From an uncultured delta proteobacterium (GTDB lineage: Bacteria > Desulfobacterota > Binatia > UBA9968): a stretch of 64,000 nucleotides of DNA. The translations under genes were made by a program, and so were the position numbers. The stretch spans positions 20,156 to 84,155 of the forward strand of contig CAWFJP010000023.1 in the NCBI GenBank assembly GCA_963816145.1, read 5' to 3'. The notes under the pieces were generated by a model. That model searched no databases, had not been told where the DNA came from, and saw only the letters and a list, made by a program, of their open reading frames with translations. Below, one piece after another: positions 1 through 11,150 of this stretch (position 1 is the first letter of the stretch; each line of letters opens with the position of its first letter).

Positions 1-171
1 AAACTGCTGGCGGCCAGCCAGATAGTCACTCATGCGCCGCAACAGCTTTTCCGCCTGCGGCTCGACCCCCGTAGGTTGCGCATGGCCAATCTCGGGCAAG
101 CCGGTCAAAACCAGCAGCGCCAAAGCAACTACTGGGAAAATTCGTCGGGCAAAACTAAAGAAACCGTTCAT
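1..171 (-). CDS. DUF2092 family exported protein, 5' part only (runs off window start)
   Basis: Manual translation from ATG 171: MNGFFSFARRIFPVVALALLVLTGLPEIGHAQPTGVEPQAEKLLRRMSDYLAGRQQF; signal peptide plus the typical DUF2092 start (A..LL..MSDYL); GGAGGA RBS upstream. Confidence 0.75.
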   Translation of the reverse strand, partial: MNGFFSFARRIFPVVALALLVLTGLPEIGHAQPTGVEPQAEKLLRRMSDYLAGRQQF

Positions 172-253
172 AACATTATCTCCTCCATTTGATCTGCCGC
201 TCCGCTCGTTGACCGCTTGAGACACGCTGGCCTCAAGGCTTCATGGCGTTAAC

Positions 254-454
254 CTAACCTAAGAGGGTCGCCCTTGGATATTGGCCTTTAGTCCAATAAG
301 GGCCGAGAAGCAAACAAGCGTGCCGCCTCACCATGCTAAGATCGTCAAGAAAACGCTTCTCACAGGAGTCAACCGACGTGAGCACAATGATGGCTACGGC
401 CAGGAGTTCGATTCCGAGTGCCGAGAACTCGATGAGAGTACGGATAGATTCCAT
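254..454 (-). pseudogene. Probable truncated DUF1622-like membrane protein remnant
   Basis: N-terminus MESIRTLIEFSALGIELLAVAIIVL resembles the first DUF1622 helix; downstream sequence is unrelated and overlaps the operator site. Confidence 0.35.
279..298. promoter_or_regulatory. Palindromic operator-like site TATTGGCCTTTAGTCCAATA
   Basis: Copy of recurrent TATTGGAC-N4-GTCCAATA palindrome, ~107 nt upstream of the DUF2092 start. Confidence 0.7.
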
Positions 455-622
455 GACATCATTTCTCTAGAGGTGAGTGACGGGTTTAGCTAGCAATGGA
501 ATCTTGGAAAAAAGGCATGATGATTCGCGAATATTTTAGTATTCCATTATTCCAGGACTGCGTCGCTGAAACCTCGATGGTTGCTCTGCCCTGCTGCTGG
601 CGCAACCAACCCTCCGTCCGGA

Positions 623-1801
623 TCACAATAACAGAGCAACGATCCGATCAACCATTTCTTCCAAAGGGATTACGAAGAGGAGGAGCGGCAGCAGCGGAGC
701 AGCCAATATAATCGTCAATGAAAAGACCTGCTCCTTGCCGAAAGGCGTCAGGCGCGTCTCCTTCGCGACGGTGAAGCTGTTTGCCAGATCCGCCAATGAC
801 TGGATATCACCGGTGCCCAGCAACCGGTCGCCATCGGGGTTTCGGCCCTCGATCCATTTAGCGCGAAAGTCGCGAGTATAAACGCCGGCCACATCACCGT
901 ACTCCCGCAGCCCTCTTCGCTTCGCGTACGTCAGTTGAACACTAAAGTGAGCGGAACCAACACGAGGAGCAAAAGAAAAATTAGAATACCCGCAATCTCC
1001 AGTTTGAATTCCGGCAGGTGCGCCCCGGCGTGCCAGATGCGATTGGCAATTGCCCCCGAGAAAAAAACCGTGTGGGCCAGCAGCACAGGGGAAAAAGCAA
1101 ACATGCTTCGGGCTAAAAAACCAAGCCCGCCGGCATGATCCGGATGAAGCGTATTCAACCGCAGCGGCAGTCGCGCCACCTGCCACAAAAATCGGTACCA
1201 GATGAAAAGACGAAAGTACCGGCGCAAAACAATGAAGCGAAAGAGAGGCAGGCTGATGCAAGCGAACCAGTATCCGGCCGGCGTGAGATGCAGAGCGCCG
1301 TCGACCTCGGCGCCGTACCGCGTTGGCGCGTTGAGCGTCTGCGCTAGAGCCACCCAATGCCCCGCAAAAGCCAGGACGATCAGCAGGAGTTCCATGACAA
1401 CCAAATTACGCAAGTTCAGCGCGGAGGTGACAATTCTATTGAACCGGGGGCGGTCCTCGGCGGCGATGATCTCACGTTCGATGAACTGTCGGACGATGCC
1501 ACGGCTCCATTCGTGAACGAACAGCTCCGCTGCGATCAGAAGCGGCAATACCACCAGTAAGCGAACCTGAGCGTCGAGGGCGAAAAAAACGGCACTTGAA
1601 CACGCTGACAAGATGTCCTTGCAAAGCCGTGAGCAACGTGAGCGGCAGCCAGGCGATGGCCGTAATGACGATGATCCGGCGATTCAAAAGTTCGAGTGCG
1701 GGCCCCGACAGCCGGGTGCGTAGACAAAATTGAAACAGCGGCCCACCCAGCGCCAGGGAAAAATTCTCCGGCTCAGCGAAAATGTCGTTCTTGTTGGTCA
1801 T
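623..1801 (-). CDS. Conserved multi-pass membrane protein (two apparent frameshifts)
   Basis: Three consecutive ORF pieces (1472-1801, 931-1611, 623-~935) join into one protein: FSL..GGPLFQ ... HPD.AGGLGFL ... LLGTGDIQSLADLANSF; one break lies at an A7 run near 1585. Confidence 0.75.
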
Positions 1802-1921
1802 AAAATTTTTGCTTGCTTATTCACGAGCCGCAACAGAGCCGGGCGCGGATATCGGAGCCCCGGTGTCAGCTTGTTCGACGATGTTTACACGACGTCTCTA
1901 GACCTTAATTGAAGTCGGTCT

Positions 1922-2797
1922 CTATTTCGCAACCGGCCGGGCTACGTCCGCCGGATCGCGCAGCATTTTGCCCGTGACCAGCGCGAAAACCATATTCATT
2001 GGAATCGAGATACCGCTAAACGCCATGATCGGCGCGATTACTTCGGTGCCGGGAAAATAATAAAGCGCCACCGGAACACAAATTCCGAAATTGCGCATGG
2101 CCGTACTGATGGCGAGGACTTTTCGGTATCTGATCTCCGGGCCTCCCAGTATCCAGCCGACGACCCAACAAAGAACGGTCAAGAGCACGATCGCAGCGAT
2201 ACCGTGGGCATCCAGGGCCTTGATCGCGGGCGTCTTGAACCTGCCGCTCAGCAGCGCCGCGGCGATGAAAATCACGATCGACAACAGGCCCAACCAGCGG
2301 CCCAGTTTCGGCGCGACTTCCGGAAATCGCTTTTGCAGAGCCCGCCCCACCAAGAGCGGCGCCACCACCAACAGCAAAAATAGCAGGACGATCCGGATAA
2401 ACGGCCGGCCTTCTCCATCCGTCCTGGGAAAAAGCCAATCGGCCAATAGCGGCGTGATCAAGATCGCCAGGATCGTGAGAACGATCACCAGCGCAACCGC
2501 AAAAACGCGATCGCCTTTGGAGACGCGGGCAAATTGCAAAGCGAACAGGCCGCCTGGCGAGATTGCCAGCATCATGATGCCGATTCTGATGTCGGGCGAC
2601 AGGTTCAGCAGTCGGACGAGAATAAAGCCCAGGATGGGAACGATGATCAGGTTTGCCAACAGTCCTCGACCCATCTTGCGCCGATCCTGGAGCATCGTCA
2701 CGAGCTCGCCCCGCGTGGTCTCCAGCATGACCGAAACCATAAAGACCACGACAAAAATGAACATGACAACTTTGACGTAAAGAGGTGCATCTCCCAT
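1922..2797 (-). CDS. Bile acid:sodium symporter family transporter
   Basis: 291 aa, ~8-9 TM helices, ANLIIVP, A.SPGG and STAMRNFG motifs of the SBF/BASS family. Confidence 0.8.
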   Translation of the reverse strand: MGDAPLYVKVVMFIFVVVFMVSVMLETTRGELVTMLQDRRKMGRGLLANLIIVPILGFILVRLLNLSPDIRIGIMMLAISPGGLFALQFARVSKGDRVFAVALVIVLTILAILITPLLADWLFPRTDGEGRPFIRIVLLFLLLVVAPLLVGRALQKRFPEVAPKLGRWLGLLSIVIFIAAALLSGRFKTPAIKALDAHGIAAIVLLTVLCWVVGWILGGPEIRYRKVLAISTAMRNFGICVPVALYYFPGTEVIAPIMAFSGISIPMNMVFALVTGKMLRDPADVARPVAK

Positions 2798-3110
2798 AGG
2801 GATTCCTAAAGCCTACCAATCTCACTCGAACTGCTGGCCGCAGTCGATCGGCGACCCGCGTCAGCCGTTCGCCGTCACCTGCAATCGGGCTCAGCATACT
2901 AACCTAAAGGCGAAGCGGAGCCGTCTGTCGCAATTCTTTTATGATCCGATCGTTCACGCTTCGCTCGACGCCGCTAGTCCTCACGTAATTTCAACGGCGA
3001 TCAGTTGCTCGGCAACGCGATCGTTTCCAGTTGTTCCAGCCGCTTGAGCGCTTCGGCCATTTTTATCGTTTGATAGCCGATGCCCGCGGCGTGACTCACT
3101 TATGATCCGT

Positions 3111-4648
3111 CTAGCCGCCGCTCGACGCCGCCGTCATCTTCTCGATCACCTGGTCGAGGCTGAAGCTCGCCGACTTCTGCCGGGGCGGGAACTCCTTGAA
3201 GGTGCTCAGGAACTCGCCGACGAAGGCCTGCGCGGGCACGAGCAGGTAGACGCGCCGAAACATCCAGTCGTAATAGGTATTCGACGTGATCTGCGCTTTC
3301 TCGTACGGGTCCGTCCGCAGGTTGAAGATAAACGGCACGCGCAGAGTCACGAACGGTTCCTGCCAGATTTGGAACGTACCCGGAACGCGCTGCTCCATGA
3401 ACATCATCTTCCAGTTGTCGTAACGCAGCGCCGCAACGTCGCCATCGTCGGTGAAGTAGAGGAAGGCTTGGCGTGGGCTCTTGGCTTCCTTGCCCGTGAG
3501 GTGTGGCAGCAGGTTGTAGCCATCGAGGTGGACCTTGTAGGTCTTCTTGCCAATCTTGTGGCCCTTCTTCAGCTTCGCCGCGATGTCAGGCTCGCCGGCC
3601 ACCGCCAGGATGGTCGGGAACCAGTCCTGGTGGCTGATGATCTCGTTCGATACCGACCCGGCGGCAATCCTGCCGGGAAAGCGCACCATGCAGGGCACGC
3701 GATACGCGCCCTCCCAGCTCGAGTTCTTCTCGTTCCGGAAGGGCGTCGTGCCTGCATCCGGCCAGGTGTTCATATGCGGCCCATTGTCGGTGCTGTACTG
3801 CACGAACGTGTTGTCTGCGATGCCAAGCTCGTCCAGGAAGTCGAGCATCTCGCCGATGTGCTTGTCGTGGTCGATCATTACGTCGTGGTACTCAGATTGC
3901 CAGCGGCCGGATTGGCCACGGCTCTCCGGCTTCACATGCGTCCACGCGTGCATGTGCGAGGTGTTGAACCAGACGAAGAACGGCTCGCCGGCGTCGTGGG
4001 CGGCCTGAATGAACTTCTTGGCGGCTGCGAGAAACTCCTCGTCGCACGTCTCCATGCGCTTCTTGGTCAGGGGGCCGGTGTGAGAGGTCTGACGGTAGTC
4101 GAGGTAGACGAACACGGAGGCACGGCGCAGCGGCGACACCGTGTTGTTGGTCACACGCGACGTGAATACTTCGCCGTTCGGCACGAGCACCAGCCGGCCG
4201 TCGTAGGTCCGGATGTGCGTGACGCGAACCTCAATCTGCTCGACCGTCCCCTCAGTCTCGCCAACGACGATCTGATCGCCGATCTCGAAGGTGTGCGTTA
4301 GGAGTATCAGCAATCCGCTGACGAAGTTCGAGATGATGTCCTTTAGCGCAAAGCCCAGGGCGACGCCGCCGAGGCCCAGACCCGTGACAACGGCCTGCGC
4401 GTTGACACCCAGCACATCAAGAGCGACGAAGACACCGACCGCCCACACCGTGTAGTACGACACCTGCAGGAGCAGGTTGCGCTGCGTCCGATTCTCGACG
4501 CATCCGGCACCGAACAGCGCGACTCGCCGCGCGAGCCTTGCCAACCCCAGAAAATCAGGAGCACGGTGATTGCTGCGGCGAACGCACGGCCGTGCGCGTG
4601 AAAATTCTCCATATGCTCCTTGGTGATATTATTAAATTGATCGTACAT
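3111..4648 (-). pseudogene. Chimeric remnant: N-terminal MscS channel portion fused in frame to C-terminal half of an arylsulfatase
   Basis: MscS motifs (ALGFALKDIISNFVSG, FEIGDQI, DGRLVLVPNG) run to ~4090, then sulfatase motifs (TGPLTKKRMET.DEEF, STDNGP, GTTPFRNEKN, NLRTDPYE); catalytic CxAxR missing; extra frameshift near 4545. Confidence 0.8.
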
Positions 4649-5195
4649 TTTCTTTTTGAAGGCTTCGTTTAAATGCTGTCAAAGTACTTGATGATTACGC
4701 CGGCTACTTGTTCCCCAGTCGCAGTTCCATTCAATTGTTGGCCTGCTTTAATCGCCTGCACCAACTTTTCGTTTACCCGAATGCCAAAACTGGCCAAGAT
4801 AATTTTGTCACTAAGTGAGGAAACCGCGAGGCAAAAGCAGCAACCACGACTCCCCCCAAGAGGCCCCGGCAACGGTCGATTTTTCACGGGCATTTTGTGC
4901 TAATAGAACTTGGTGTAAGACTTCGACCTGCTCATCTAACCAACAACGGCAGAGCCGGAGATGATTTGAGCTCGCCCTGACCGGGAAAATCGAAGAGCAA
5001 CAACCTGTAATCCTCGAAAATAGCTTACCACGGGTCTCCATGCGGCATGGTTTGCTGAGCACGTTCCAAATCAGGCTCGATCCGGCCTGATAGGGATACT
5101 TCTCGAAATCGACGAAAAATTCCTTAGCTTACCGATCACTGATCACTCGCCAACGACAAGATCACCGATTACTATAATTTCCCCCTCGTCCCCCG

Positions 5196-7617
5196 CTACT
5201 TGTCTGTCAGCTTGCGCAGCCGGTCGGCATACTTCTTCGCCGCCGCGCTGTCACCGCGCGCTTGGTGGAAGCTAGCCAACGCCTGGACAATGTCGCGGTC
5301 GTTGGGATGGGCGAAATACGCCTTCTCCAGGCGCGCGATCGCCGCTTCGACCTTGCCCAATGAGTGCAGCGCCACAGCGTAGACATAAGCAAAGCGCGCG
5401 TTCGCCGGTTCAAGTATCGTGGCGCGCTCGAACTCACCGAGCGCTGTGTCGGTGCGTTTCATCCGCACCAGTGCCAGGCCGAGGCTATGGTGCAGCATGG
5501 CGCTGTTGGGCGCGCTCTTGAGTCCATCGCGCAGCACCCGCTCGCCTTCCGCATCGCGGCCTTGGGCACGGTAGAGGTCGGCAAGATTCGCGTATGCCGG
5601 AACAAAGCCGGGATCGTGAACGATCGCTGCTTTAATTTCTTGTTCGGCCTTGGCCGCCTCACCGCGATTCGCATAGAAGGTTCCGAGATTGACCCGCGCT
5701 TCGCTCCGATCAGCATTATATCGTTGGCTGGCGACATACTCGGCGCTGGCGCGCTCGAAAGCCGCGCGCTGCTCCGGGCTTAGTCGGTCGGCAGGGACAG
5801 ACGCCAGCAAGCTCACCGCCTCGATGCGTAGCGCTTTCAATGGATCGGCGAGCAGCGGCGCCGCCAGCGATACGCGCGTGGCGAGCGGAACGTTGGCGAG
5901 CGACTGAAGCGCCGCGAGCCGGAGCAGCGGACTGCGATCGCGCGCGCCCGCGGCCACGGTTTCGAGCGCGCGTTGACTGTCTGCCGCATTCAATTGCGCC
6001 AACGCTGTGGCGCGGACGATGGCGGGATGGCTGGCATCGGCGGCGATCGCGAGCAGTTGCGCCGGAGCATCGAGCGCGCCCGCAGTCGCGGCCGAGAACG
6101 CCTCGCTGAAGCGTTGGAATCCTTGGGGCTCGCGGCCGTACCACGTCGTCACTTGCGCCGCCGCCCAGCGCGCATCGCGGTGAGTGTGACAGCCGTTGCA
6201 CGGGTTGGGCGTGCCGAGCTTTACCGACAAATCAGGCCTTGGCACGCGCAAACTGTGATCGCGGCGCGGATCGACGACCATATAGGTGGCGCTCGGCATG
6301 TGGCACGCCACGCACGCTGCGCCGGCACTGGCTGGCTTGTGGTGGTGGTGCGCCGCCGTATCATACTTACTTGGCAAGTGGCAGGTGGCGCAAAGCGTAT
6401 TGCCCTCCGTCCTCAATTTGCCGCTGTGCGGGTTATGGCAGTCGCTGCAAGTGACGCCGTTGGCGTACATCTTACTCTGCAGAAATGAGCCCCAGTTATA
6501 AACCTCGCCGCGTTGCTGGCCGTCGGAATAGTAAAGCGGCGCGGTCAAGAACGCCGGGCGATAATAGTCGAGAAACGGCTTGCCCGCTGCGTAACCCTCT
6601 GCGATCTGGCCGCGCCGCGCGTGACATTGGGCGCAGACCTCGATTTCCTGGTCGGCTACGCGCGGCTTCGAACGCGCGGAATTGCCGGTTGTAGGATTGG
6701 GGGTCCAGACGATGCCGCGCCGTTCATCAAGGCTCGCGCTCAGACCCTTGGACAATTCCTCCCCCTTTGAAAAAGGGGGATTGAGGGGGATTTTAGCCCT
6801 GGATTCAAATTCCCCCTCGCCCCCCTTTTTCAAAGGGGGGATTTGCAATCGAGCCCATTCAAGATGGCGCGAGCCTGGTCCGTGGCAGGCCTCGCAACCG
6901 ATGCTGATCTCGCTCCATTCAGTCTTGAATCGGTTGGCAACCGGATCGTAATTTTTTCGCAAGCCGGTTGAGTGGCAGTCGGCGCACATGAAGTTCCAGT
7001 TTTGCGCCGGACCGGTCCAGTGCAGTTCGTCGTCGTGAGTGATCCGCTCGTTGGGATACAGATGAAACCAGCGCTGGCCGCCGTCCTTTTTGGGACGTGC
7101 ATCCCAAGCGCTTAACAGCGCCTGGATTCGCCCATCGGGAAACTCGACCAAGTATTGTTGCAGCGGCGCGACGCCGAACGTGTACTTGATCTCATAATCG
7201 GTCAGCTTGCCGTCGCGGCCTTCGGTGTTGGCAAAAAACTTTCCATCGCGCTTGAAAAAAGTGGACGTGAGTCCGGCGTAGGTGAACTTGGCACTATTGA
7301 AATTACCCAGCACGCTTTGTTCGCTCGCCGGCGCCATGGCGTCGTGGTGTTGAGATTTTTGCCACTCACCGGCCTCCTTCTCGTGGCAGGAGACGCAAGC
7401 TTTACTGCCGACGTATTGCCCAGCGAGCGCCACAGTTCTTATCCTCGCCCTTTGGGAGAAGGTTCGGGTGACGGCTCTTGTCCGCGAAAAAGAAGTAGAG
7501 CAAAGCAGACGCGCCAAGTATGACGATCGCCAAGCCGCCCAAAAGCCAGTTGCGGCGGTTCCCTTTCTCCGGCTTAACCGGTTTGGCTTTTCGATCACGA
7601 GATTTTTTTTGCGCCAC
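5196..7617 (-). CDS. Membrane-anchored octaheme c-type cytochrome with C-terminal HEAT/TPR repeats (frameshift near 7435)
   Basis: Eight CxxCH motifs (CVSCH, CADCH, CEACH, CAQCH, CSDCH, CATCH, CVACH, CNGCH) followed by TPR-like helices; TM anchor is in ORF 7402-7617, which must join by frameshift. Confidence 0.85.
6760..6844. repeat. Palindromic CCCCCTTT-N-AAAGGGGG double-hairpin element inside the cytochrome gene
   Basis: TCCCCCTTTGAAAAAGGGGGATTGAGGGGGATTT...AAATTCCCCCTCGCCCCCCTTTTTCAAAGGGGGG; related non-coding copy at 31016-31112. Confidence 0.8.
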
Positions 7618-7812
7618 TTCGCTGCTCTTCGGTCGAGGAGTTTATCGAGCTAGACATTCCCTGATCAAAATTCTAAATGCATGCTCCATAAGGGACTTTG
7701 TTCGTTAGCTTGTACTATTTTTTTTCTTTTAATTAGAGTCTGAATAAGAATCGGCCAAGAGGAGTGAAAATGCGCTATTTCTCCGGCGCCGCGATCGCTC
7801 GCTTGCGACCGC

Positions 7813-8508
7813 TCAACTGTGCGGTTCGCGGTCTCGCTCCGGCGCTTGTGAAAGCCGCGCGCCCACCAACTGCGCCACGACGACGGCGATGTAGAATTGG
7901 CCGAACACCGCTTCGATGTTAGTCAATACGGTTGCCGGTGGCACGATCGGCACAACCGTGCCCGAACCAAGACTCGTCAACGAGCCCATGCTGACGTAAT
8001 TCATGACCGCGATGCGCCCATGCCAGCTGTCGAGATTCAGGCCAAACCCCTGGCCCAGGCTGAAGGAGCCAGGAACAAAAACTTCGACCAACATGTAGAG
8101 ATTGGACCACGCGCCGGCCGCCAGCAGATAGCCGCACACCGCGCCCAGCACATCGTCGGAGCGGACCACGCGCTGCCGGAAAATATTTCGCAGCATAAAG
8201 ATCGTCGCAAAGCCCAGCAGCAGAAGCAACGCAGTGTGATAGACCAACCGGAGCGGCGCTTCAGGATACGTCGGCGGCAAGACGTAGTGAGCTAAGGCGC
8301 TCGCAACCGCCACGGCGAAAGCAATGAATGCGACCACGCGGTGCCCCTTACGTTCGAAGACGATCAGCAGCATCAGCATCTCTATCGCGGCAATGGCAAG
8401 ATCCGAAGCCAAAGGCCCGAGCAGCCGCCGATGACTAAAAGACTCGATAAGAGCGACAACGATTATCCCAACGAGCAGAATCGCGTGCTTATGGCTCTGA
8501 AGTTTCAC
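7813..8508 (-). CDS. Two-pore/Ion_trans_2-like ion channel family membrane protein
   Basis: 231 aa hydrophobic protein with GAVCGYLL, pore-like Y.S..SLTSLG.G.VVP and EAVFGQFYIAVVVA.LVG. Confidence 0.7.
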   Translation of the reverse strand: MKLQSHKHAILLVGIIVVALIESFSHRRLLGPLASDLAIAAIEMLMLLIVFERKGHRVVAFIAFAVAVASALAHYVLPPTYPEAPLRLVYHTALLLLLGFATIFMLRNIFRQRVVRSDDVLGAVCGYLLAAGAWSNLYMLVEVFVPGSFSLGQGFGLNLDSWHGRIAVMNYVSMGSLTSLGSGTVVPIVPPATVLTNIEAVFGQFYIAVVVAQLVGARLSQAPERDREPHS

Positions 8509-8572
8509 CTGCTGTCCTCGATCGAGAAGATAAAATCCGCAAACTGTCTTCCCCTCGTGTAGCCTCTCTTTG

Positions 8573-8961
8573 CTATCTCACCCGCTCCAGTCGGACTACA
8601 CCGAACCACGCACGGGCGAGGAGGAACGTCATCCCCGCGTGGAGCGCCACCGCCGGCCACAATAGGCGCCCGACCGGTTGGCCGGCAAGCCCCAGGAAAG
8701 CGAGGTAGAGTGTCGTTAGCAAGTTGTACGCAAGCAGCGCGCGCAGAGCAGAATTGCGAACGCCGGCCGAATCGATACCCGGCCAGCAGGCCAACCCCAA
8801 TGAGAGGAGAGCAAAACCAGCGACGCGGCCCACTACGATCCCCGCGCCGGAAACGACTTCGCCGAGCAGCAGCCAGGAGACGAGAGAAGGATGAACGATC
8901 AAAACAAGGCCCGTCGCCGCTTCAAGCACAGCGGCGACGCGAGCAATTTATTCAACGCCAT
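8573..8961 (-). CDS. Small 4-TM conserved membrane protein (5' frameshift)
   Basis: EAATGL.LI..PSLV, LGLACWP, YN....YL, LWPAVALH; ATG 8961 is out of frame with the body near 8935. Confidence 0.65.
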
Positions 8962-9499
8962 TTCTCTTCGCTTTAGATTCGCATTTTTCGTATCTTGAAC
9001 ACAACGAATTCAGTTTGCAATCCGCGACCTGAAGCGGATACGTGATGTGAGTCACGGGATGCGAGTCGTATAAGCGACCTCAAGTCAAAGGTTGTAATTA
9101 CCCGAAACCGTTGTCGGAAGCGAGTCGCGCGCGACGCGATACGACATCCGAGATTGGAGAACGCGTGTCCCGAACTACGCGATCCGAATAGCCCCCGTCA
9201 CTCGTGCCACGCCGCGGGCCATTCGTCAAACGCGATGATGTGCTTTCGGCCGATTTTTTGCTGATGACTGAGAAGCACAGCACGCCGAAGTCAGAGCATT
9301 TTTTCATCAATAACTCTCAACTCCTGATGCGGCGCCTATCCTGACCACAGCGAAGGTTGCCTGCACAGAGCAATTTCGGAACTTCGAAACATGGGAAATT
9401 TTGAATCCCCTTTTCGTATTCGGGTTGAATTTAGAAACTGCCCGCTCACAAATTTGAGGGGGGCTTGACGCATCCGCCGCTTCCGCGTTACGTTTGGCC

Positions 9500-9733
9500 A
9501 TGAGTTCATTGCTATCACGCATCACTATCGACCCCGAGATTTGCCACGGCAAGCCGTGCATTCGCGGCCTGCGGTATCCGGTCGAGTCCGTCCTCGAATA
9601 TCTGGCCGCAGGCGATTCATTTGAGGATGTGCTTGCGGAGTTTCCCGACTTGGAACGCGAGGACTTGCTTGCCTGCCTTGAATTCGCCAAACGCTCGCTG
9701 CAGTTGAAGAGCCAACATCTCGTCCTGGCATGA
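9500..9733 (+). CDS. DUF433 antitoxin
   Basis: RITIDPEICHGKPCIRGLRYPVESVLEYLAAG...FPDLEREDLLACL is the DUF433 signature; ATGA overlap with next gene. Confidence 0.92.
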   Translation: MSSLLSRITIDPEICHGKPCIRGLRYPVESVLEYLAAGDSFEDVLAEFPDLEREDLLACLEFAKRSLQLKSQHLVLA

Positions 9734-10083
9734 AGTTCCTGGTGGACGCGCACCTGCCGCCCGGCCTCTGCGCTCTCCTTCAGGCAGCCGGACACGACGC
9801 TATCCACACCCTCCATCTCCCGGCGCAGAACAAGACCTCCGACCAGGTCATCAACGAATTTTCCGTGACGGAAACGCGCGTCGTCATCTCCAAGGACACG
9901 GACTTCTACTACTCGCATGTACTGCACGATCGTCCCTGGAAGCTCCTGCTCGTACGGACAGGCAACATCCGCACGCGCGACTTGAAGGAACTTTTTAAGC
10001 GCCAATTGCCGGCCATCTTGTACGCTCTGGAGAATAACTCACTGGTCGAGTTGGACAGAGCCTCGGTTCAAATCGTGTCGTAA
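9730..10083 (+). CDS. DUF5615 PIN-like toxin
   Basis: MKFLVDAHLP...GHDAIH...SD...ISKDTDF PIN-like motifs; translationally coupled to DUF433. Confidence 0.9.
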   Translation: MKFLVDAHLPPGLCALLQAAGHDAIHTLHLPAQNKTSDQVINEFSVTETRVVISKDTDFYYSHVLHDRPWKLLLVRTGNIRTRDLKELFKRQLPAILYALENNSLVELDRASVQIVS

Positions 10084-10192
10084 GAACTGATTCACACGAG
10101 TTAAACATGAAAAACTGCGGTTATTTGAAATCAATCTCTGTTCTCTCCGTTGCCTCCTGTTGAGTTTTCTTCTCCCTCGACACTCGACCCTT

Positions 10193-10349
10193 TCTCACAG
10201 GAGATAACGGAGGAAACAGAGGTTAATTTAAATCATCTCCGTTCTCTCCGTTGCCTCCTGTGTAAAATCAAATCTGAAACCTGACATCCGAATCCCAACC
10301 TCCTCGATCACTGTTCACCGATCATTCATCTTCTCCCTCGACACTCGAC
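10193..10349 (+). repeat. ~160-bp direct repeat, copy 1
   Basis: Aligns by eye end to end with 11151-11310 (ACAGGAGATAAC.GAGGAAACAGAGG...CAAATCTGAAACCTGACA.CCGAAT...CCCTCGACACTCGAC). Confidence 0.9.
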
Positions 10350-10471
10350 TCTCATCACTCCGCACCAGACACGGTGCACTCGACGGCGGCAATTCGCACA
10401 GCCGTAGCGCGGTCGTCGAAAGCGCGCTGATCAAGCTCGGCGCCTTGCGCCAAGATCGCCTCTTCGGTCGA

Positions 10472-10951
10472 TTACGACTTGGGCGGTGCTTCCTGCTCGT
10501 TGAACGAGTTCACCGTCCAGCGTCCGTCTTCGTTAGAGAGGCCCAGGGTAGCGACCACGCTGCCAACATCCGATGTGCGGGCGGTGACCCGGTAAGTAAA
10601 CGTCGCCGAGTTCGCAGTCGGGTTAGTGTTCCCGGTGAGATCATAGTTGACCCGGGGCTCGGCCGCGCTTGAGTCCGGCGCCACGCCTTTGATCGCCTGC
10701 AACTGACTCTCCAGTTTCGTCTTCGCCGCGCCACTGCATAGTTTCACCGCCTCGGCCATATTGGGGCGCGAGTAGTACAGCTCCATGAAGCGGTCGGCGA
10801 CCTCCTGCGGTTTGGATTCCTTGGTACAACTGGTCGCCGCCAGCATGACTACGGCAAAAATCAACAAAGACCCGCGGAAGAGACGCGTGCCGCGACCATT
10901 TATGCGTGCGCTCAACGGTTGTTGGTGAGTTGTGGTTTTCTCGTCGTTCAT
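10472..10951 (-). CDS. Putative lipoprotein, hypothetical
   Basis: Hydrophobic stretch ending LAATSC (lipobox-like); start MNDEK with GGA RBS; upstream ORF extension is repeat-derived. Confidence 0.7.
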   Translation of the reverse strand: MNDEKTTTHQQPLSARINGRGTRLFRGSLLIFAVVMLAATSCTKESKPQEVADRFMELYYSRPNMAEAVKLCSGAAKTKLESQLQAIKGVAPDSSAAEPRVNYDLTGNTNPTANSATFTYRVTARTSDVGSVVATLGLSNEDGRWTVNSFNEQEAPPKS

Positions 10952-11150
10952 ATCCTTTCCTGTCCTTTCCTCTCTGTTGCTGTGGGGGTTAGAGTCGAGC
11001 GGGCGCGACCTGGCACTGCACAAGCACAAGCCCGCATACAAAATTCGAAAAGAGACGAGGGTCGAGGGTCGGGTGTCGAGGGGGTACCTCACTCGACACT
11101 GCCTTTCCCTCGTCACTCATCACTCGACACTCGTGCACCCCTCGTCCCCT

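Noticed and set aside
2016-2897. 293-aa minus and 229-aa plus ORFs over the BASS transporter
   Set aside because: Alternative-frame or antisense shadows typical of high-GC DNA; the same applies to most other overlapping ORFs in the track
3102-4301. 399-aa plus-strand ORF
   Set aside because: Antisense shadow of the GC-rich sulfatase/MscS frame; no motifs
4669-5062. Short ORFs in an AT-richer patch
   Set aside because: No recognisable family or RBS; may be a gene remnant but cannot be supported
9000-9330. Possible ncRNA in long intergenic region
   Set aside because: No recognisable riboswitch, tRNA or Rfam-like motif by eye; needs an Infernal search
9307-10005. 232-aa minus-strand ORF
   Set aside because: Antisense to the clear DUF433/DUF5615 pair
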